The position numbers and the translations under genes are program-made. Below the pieces are notes generated by a model. It saw nothing but the letters and a program-made list of their open reading frames with translations, was not told where the DNA came from and searched no databases. This document shows positions 59,751-64,000 of a stretch of DNA of 64,000 nt, in pieces; position 1 is the stretch's first letter; each line of letters opens with the position of its first letter. Origin of the DNA: the human T2T-CHM13v2.0 reference genome, Homo sapiens; the NCBI RefSeq assembly GCF_009914755.1, contig NC_060937.1, one strand, 5' to 3'.

Positions 59751-62700
59751 GTAGGTCTGGAATATTTAAATGTAACAGTGTGCTTGTATTGCTTTGAAGA
59801 GAAGAGGCTTGAATGAATCTAGCAAAATGTTTTCAGAAATTTTACAGAGATTATCATAAAACAATAATATATGAAAGAAATGCAAATTAATGGATAGAAG
59901 GATGGTTAACGCTGATTGGCATATTTTAAAAAGTAAACACTGTAACCAAAATAAACAAAAATTATGGTTTCAATATTTATTTATAAGCCTATAAACATGA
60001 TAGTTATAAAAAGCAAGGTAAAAACTTACACATGGAATATCAGACACTTGTTCAAACGTGGACAGTTATAAAAAAAGTATATTTTGGCAGATGTGGACTT
60101 ATATATTAGTGGCATCAAAAAATGTTTGAGAATTGTAAAGGCATACACAACATCTTGGTTAACTCTTTGTAGAATGGAAGGAAAAGCAGTTCTAGGATTT
60201 TATAATTCCCGTTAATATTTATACTTGATTTTTTCTCATCAAGGTAAGTACAAATGATTTTAGAAACATGTTTTTACTAAGTCTTTTTAAATAAGTTGAC
60301 AGTTTTGTAGAAGTAACAATTATGTTATTCTCATACTTCATTTTAAAAATAAGATTTAGATAAATTATATCCTTTCAATAACAGAAATAGTATAAACTAA
60401 TTTGCAAACAATATTGATGATCATATAGATTAACAAGAGTATATGAACACAGTAGTTACGGGCACACTTATTGCTGCTGTTTTCTTTGTCTATCTCTGAA
60501 GTTCACTTTTTAACAAACATGGTGCTTCAAAAAATTTTAATGTTTTAATGGGATAAGTTCTAAACTTTCTTATTCTGTTTAGCACAGGTAAGAGAAAACA
60601 AACGTATTGATTAAATTCACTAATTGCCAAAGACATTTTATAAATTTGTAGCATTATTCTATCTTTCATCTTATAAAATTCTCATTTAGAGGGATTAATT
60701 TTATAAAACAGAGTTCAGTAAACAGAGAAAGCCATACTCATCATTTATAGGAACAACCCTTTCATATCATTAACAACATGCTCATATTTTACTTTTAATA
60801 TTTTTCCTCTTTTCTGCCTTATTTACTTAATTATCTAACTTAAAAATTTGCTAATCATTTGTTGTAGGGATTTAAGACTCTAAGCTGTTTATAGGTAGAA
60901 GGATAGGAGAGGTGAGAATTATAATATATGTGACATCAGGTAATTCAGCAGACATTATAAATCATCAGGGAAATGTGTCCATGGCTTTTGGAACTATTTT
61001 GTATAACAACCCTTTTTAGAATCTGATAAAAACTATTAAATGCCTTTCTAAATACAGATACTCATATGTACATAGTTTTGATTCAACTTCAGGAGTTTAG
61101 CAGGTTCCTGTAATGCAAATATAGAGGCACTTTCCTGGAATTTTTTTTAGTGAAATTGCTCATTGTAAAAAAAAAAAAAAAAAAAAGATTGTTGGTAGGG
61201 GTCATTTAAAGACTATTTTTCTCCCAAACAATGGCATTTCAGAATTTTCCAGAATATACCTGAAGCATCACAGAATGCAAATATTACAAAAATTTTATGA
61301 TGCCCTCACACTGAAGCAGAAACTATAGTTTATACTTGGAAAAAAAAAAAGACATAAATAAAGAATGCTTTGCCCTCAAAAGCCAGAAGGCACCAGTTAC
61401 AAGACAGGGTAGAAATTTATTGAATTGCTATTAACATGGTGTAACAGAGAGAAAAAACAGGTAGGTGAAAGTATAATTTTTTGGTATAGTCTAGCAGAAT
61501 GCTTGCTATTTAAACATATAACCTGATCCATAATAGAAAATGAAACTGGAACTACCAAGAGGGCTAAGATCATGCAGGGCCTCAGGCCCCATATCAGGAA
61601 GTACATATTTTATCCACCACAGAATGAATTGCCTACGGCAATAAATACTTTATTTTTATTTATTGTATAAACAGCATTGCCTGAAATAAAAATGTAAAAT
61701 TAAATTTTCAGAAATAAAATAGATATTTCTGACATTTTCAACTCATTTTAAATGATGGAAATGATAAAATCATATTAAAATTTTATATTAAAGCTATGTT
61801 TTAATTGTTAAGTTACTTTATGCCACCAGGCTATCATTTGGTTTAGCTATTTTCTTTAAACATTTTAAGTTAGTTTATTATATTATTTAGAAGGTATTTT
61901 TATCTAAAACCATGTCATATTTTATACCTCTTTATATACTGCTTTTTAATTATGATATTCAATTATAAACTTATTAATTTAGATTTTGCTTGTAGGTATT
62001 ACCATGTTTAGGTGTTAAAAGATAATTCAGTTTGGATGGTCTTGCTAGAAAATATTAAAGATTGTCTCTAAAATAATGACATCTCAGATATCTTTTTTTT
62101 AATTTTTGACCTTAAGTATTTTTAAAATGTCAATATCATTTTGTCCTCTTCTACTGATAGTGTGAAATTATGTCACTAGGTATCAGCTATGGCCTTTAGC
62201 TATGTTAAGAACATAACCCCATATACTGCAGTGCATTTTCTTTCAAGTTGTAAGTCTACCTTTACAAAACCACCTTGAATATCTTCTACTTAGTGAAATA
62301 CATGAGCCTTGAGCTCTAAATTCTCCAAATCCTCTCGTGATGTTAGGTGGTCACCTAACATGGATGTGTTTTGGCTTCCACATGCTGCAAGAACATGTGG
62401 ATAATCAAGTTCACGTAGGAACTATAAAGAAAAGATACTAAACAATTGTATTGCAGTGTGAAAATGTAAACTATAGAAATATGACAAAACAAATGAATTA
62501 CTAAGTTTTTTGATTTTGTTCTGGCTTGCTTTCTTATCAGTGCATTGCTACAGCCTCAAATAGACATGACAATATTTCTGTGGTAGCAAACACTTAAGTA
62601 AATGCAACTTAACAGTTATTTTCCTCACAGAGGCTTAGACCAATATGAGAGGGCAGCAAATGAGAGGTTGCTATAATGTAAATAAAAGTAAATATTTTGT

Positions 62701-62859
62701 TGTATAACCAGGAGGAAACATACTGTAAGTAGCTTCCCATGCCTATCCTTGCCATAAAGAAGAAAGCAAATAAAGACAGATGTACTTGTTTGTTTATTTA
62801 TAAAACAATGCTCTTTTGTATACAAAGAATAGGTTTTGGATTCATACCAACATAAGTTT

Positions 62860-63050
62860 AGAGAGCTTCTTAGTCACTCTTTGGTTTTACAAAATTGAGT
62901 AAGTTAAGCGGTCTGAGACTTGGCTTCATCATCTATTAAGTGGAGATTCAGATACTCCACTCAGATAATTGTGAGAATTCAAAATAAGAAAAGTATCTAA
63001 TGCAGTTATTTGCATGTGGTTGGTATCCTCTAAATGGTCGTTTTCATTAT
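62860..63050. mobile_element. MIR
   Basis: TTGAGTAAGTTAAG...TCTGAGACTTGGCTTCATCATCT...AATTGTGAGAATTCAAA. Confidence 0.6.
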
Positions 63051-63359
63051 CATTGTTTGTGCAAACACTTGATTAAAAAATGCCACGATGGAACCTATAT
63101 TAGAGCTATGAGTATTCGATAATGCATATACAAATATTAAAAAGTGCTTAATAAATATATGTAGTAATCAGAGTTTTATACATTTTCTTATATCAAGTAA
63201 TGAACTTTAATTTCAACATTATATTAATTTTGCTCAGCTTTCTATTATCCATCACCTTCCAAAAGACAGTGATTATCAATGCTTGTAACATCTTGCCTAC
63301 GCTTTTTGACTCTACCTTTGGGTGCCAAGAAAATACTGCAACAATTCCTTTAACTTCTT

Positions 63360-63662
<303 letters not shown>

Positions 63663-64000
63663 CCTTTAACTTCTTAAACATAAATTTGGTTAATATCAGA
63701 ACCAGACTAGGAAGTTCTAACTTTAATATTTTTAACTAGTGGTTTAAAACCTGTCATGTTAGCCCTCAATCACTTTCTTTCCAATAGTTGAAGTCCTAAT
63801 AAACTGATGCCATTTGTAGAATAATTCAATGATTTTTCTCTTCTGTGACAATTGAACTTCTCCATGTTCTCAAGTTCACAAATGTTGCTCTCAAGAGCAA
63901 CTAGAAGCCTAAAGAGGCTTGTAAATACTTATGGCAAATTTCAGTGACATTGGAGACAACTTCAAAAACAAGCAGGTTTTTTAGCTCAAGCCTCCTTCTG

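Noticed and set aside
60960-61115. Possible MER117-like hAT remnant
   Set aside because: Similarity rests on weak recall of a short stretch; not listed as a feature.

Overview
AT-rich human genomic DNA (a human-specific AluYb8 is present) that looks intronic or intergenic and is dominated by interspersed repeats. These include old L1M/HAL1 fossils, younger L1PA/PB inserts, about 13 Alu/FLAM elements, MaLR LTRs, MIR/L2, DNA-transposon remnants, and two ERV1 solo LTRs with 4-bp TSDs (LTR12 family and LTR28/MER50-like). I can support no intact protein-coding gene, RNA gene or CRISPR array; the supplied ORFs are almost all repeat-derived. The only gene-like object is a disabled processed pseudogene of the ADP/ATP translocase ANT2 (SLC25A5). 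It carries two Alu insertions and runs directly into a 5'-truncated L1PA. The most interesting unexplained structures are a ~119-bp, ~88%-identical inverted repeat enclosing ~590 bp of unrecognised DNA (24.2-25.0 kb), a possible SLC25A5-L1 chimeric retrocopy, a fold-back Alu junction with target deletion, a remodelled LTR12 promoter, and an AluYb8 with CpG-creating substitutions. I found no convincing novel biological system. Subfamily calls rely on recalled consensus sequences and boundaries of old repeats are approximate.
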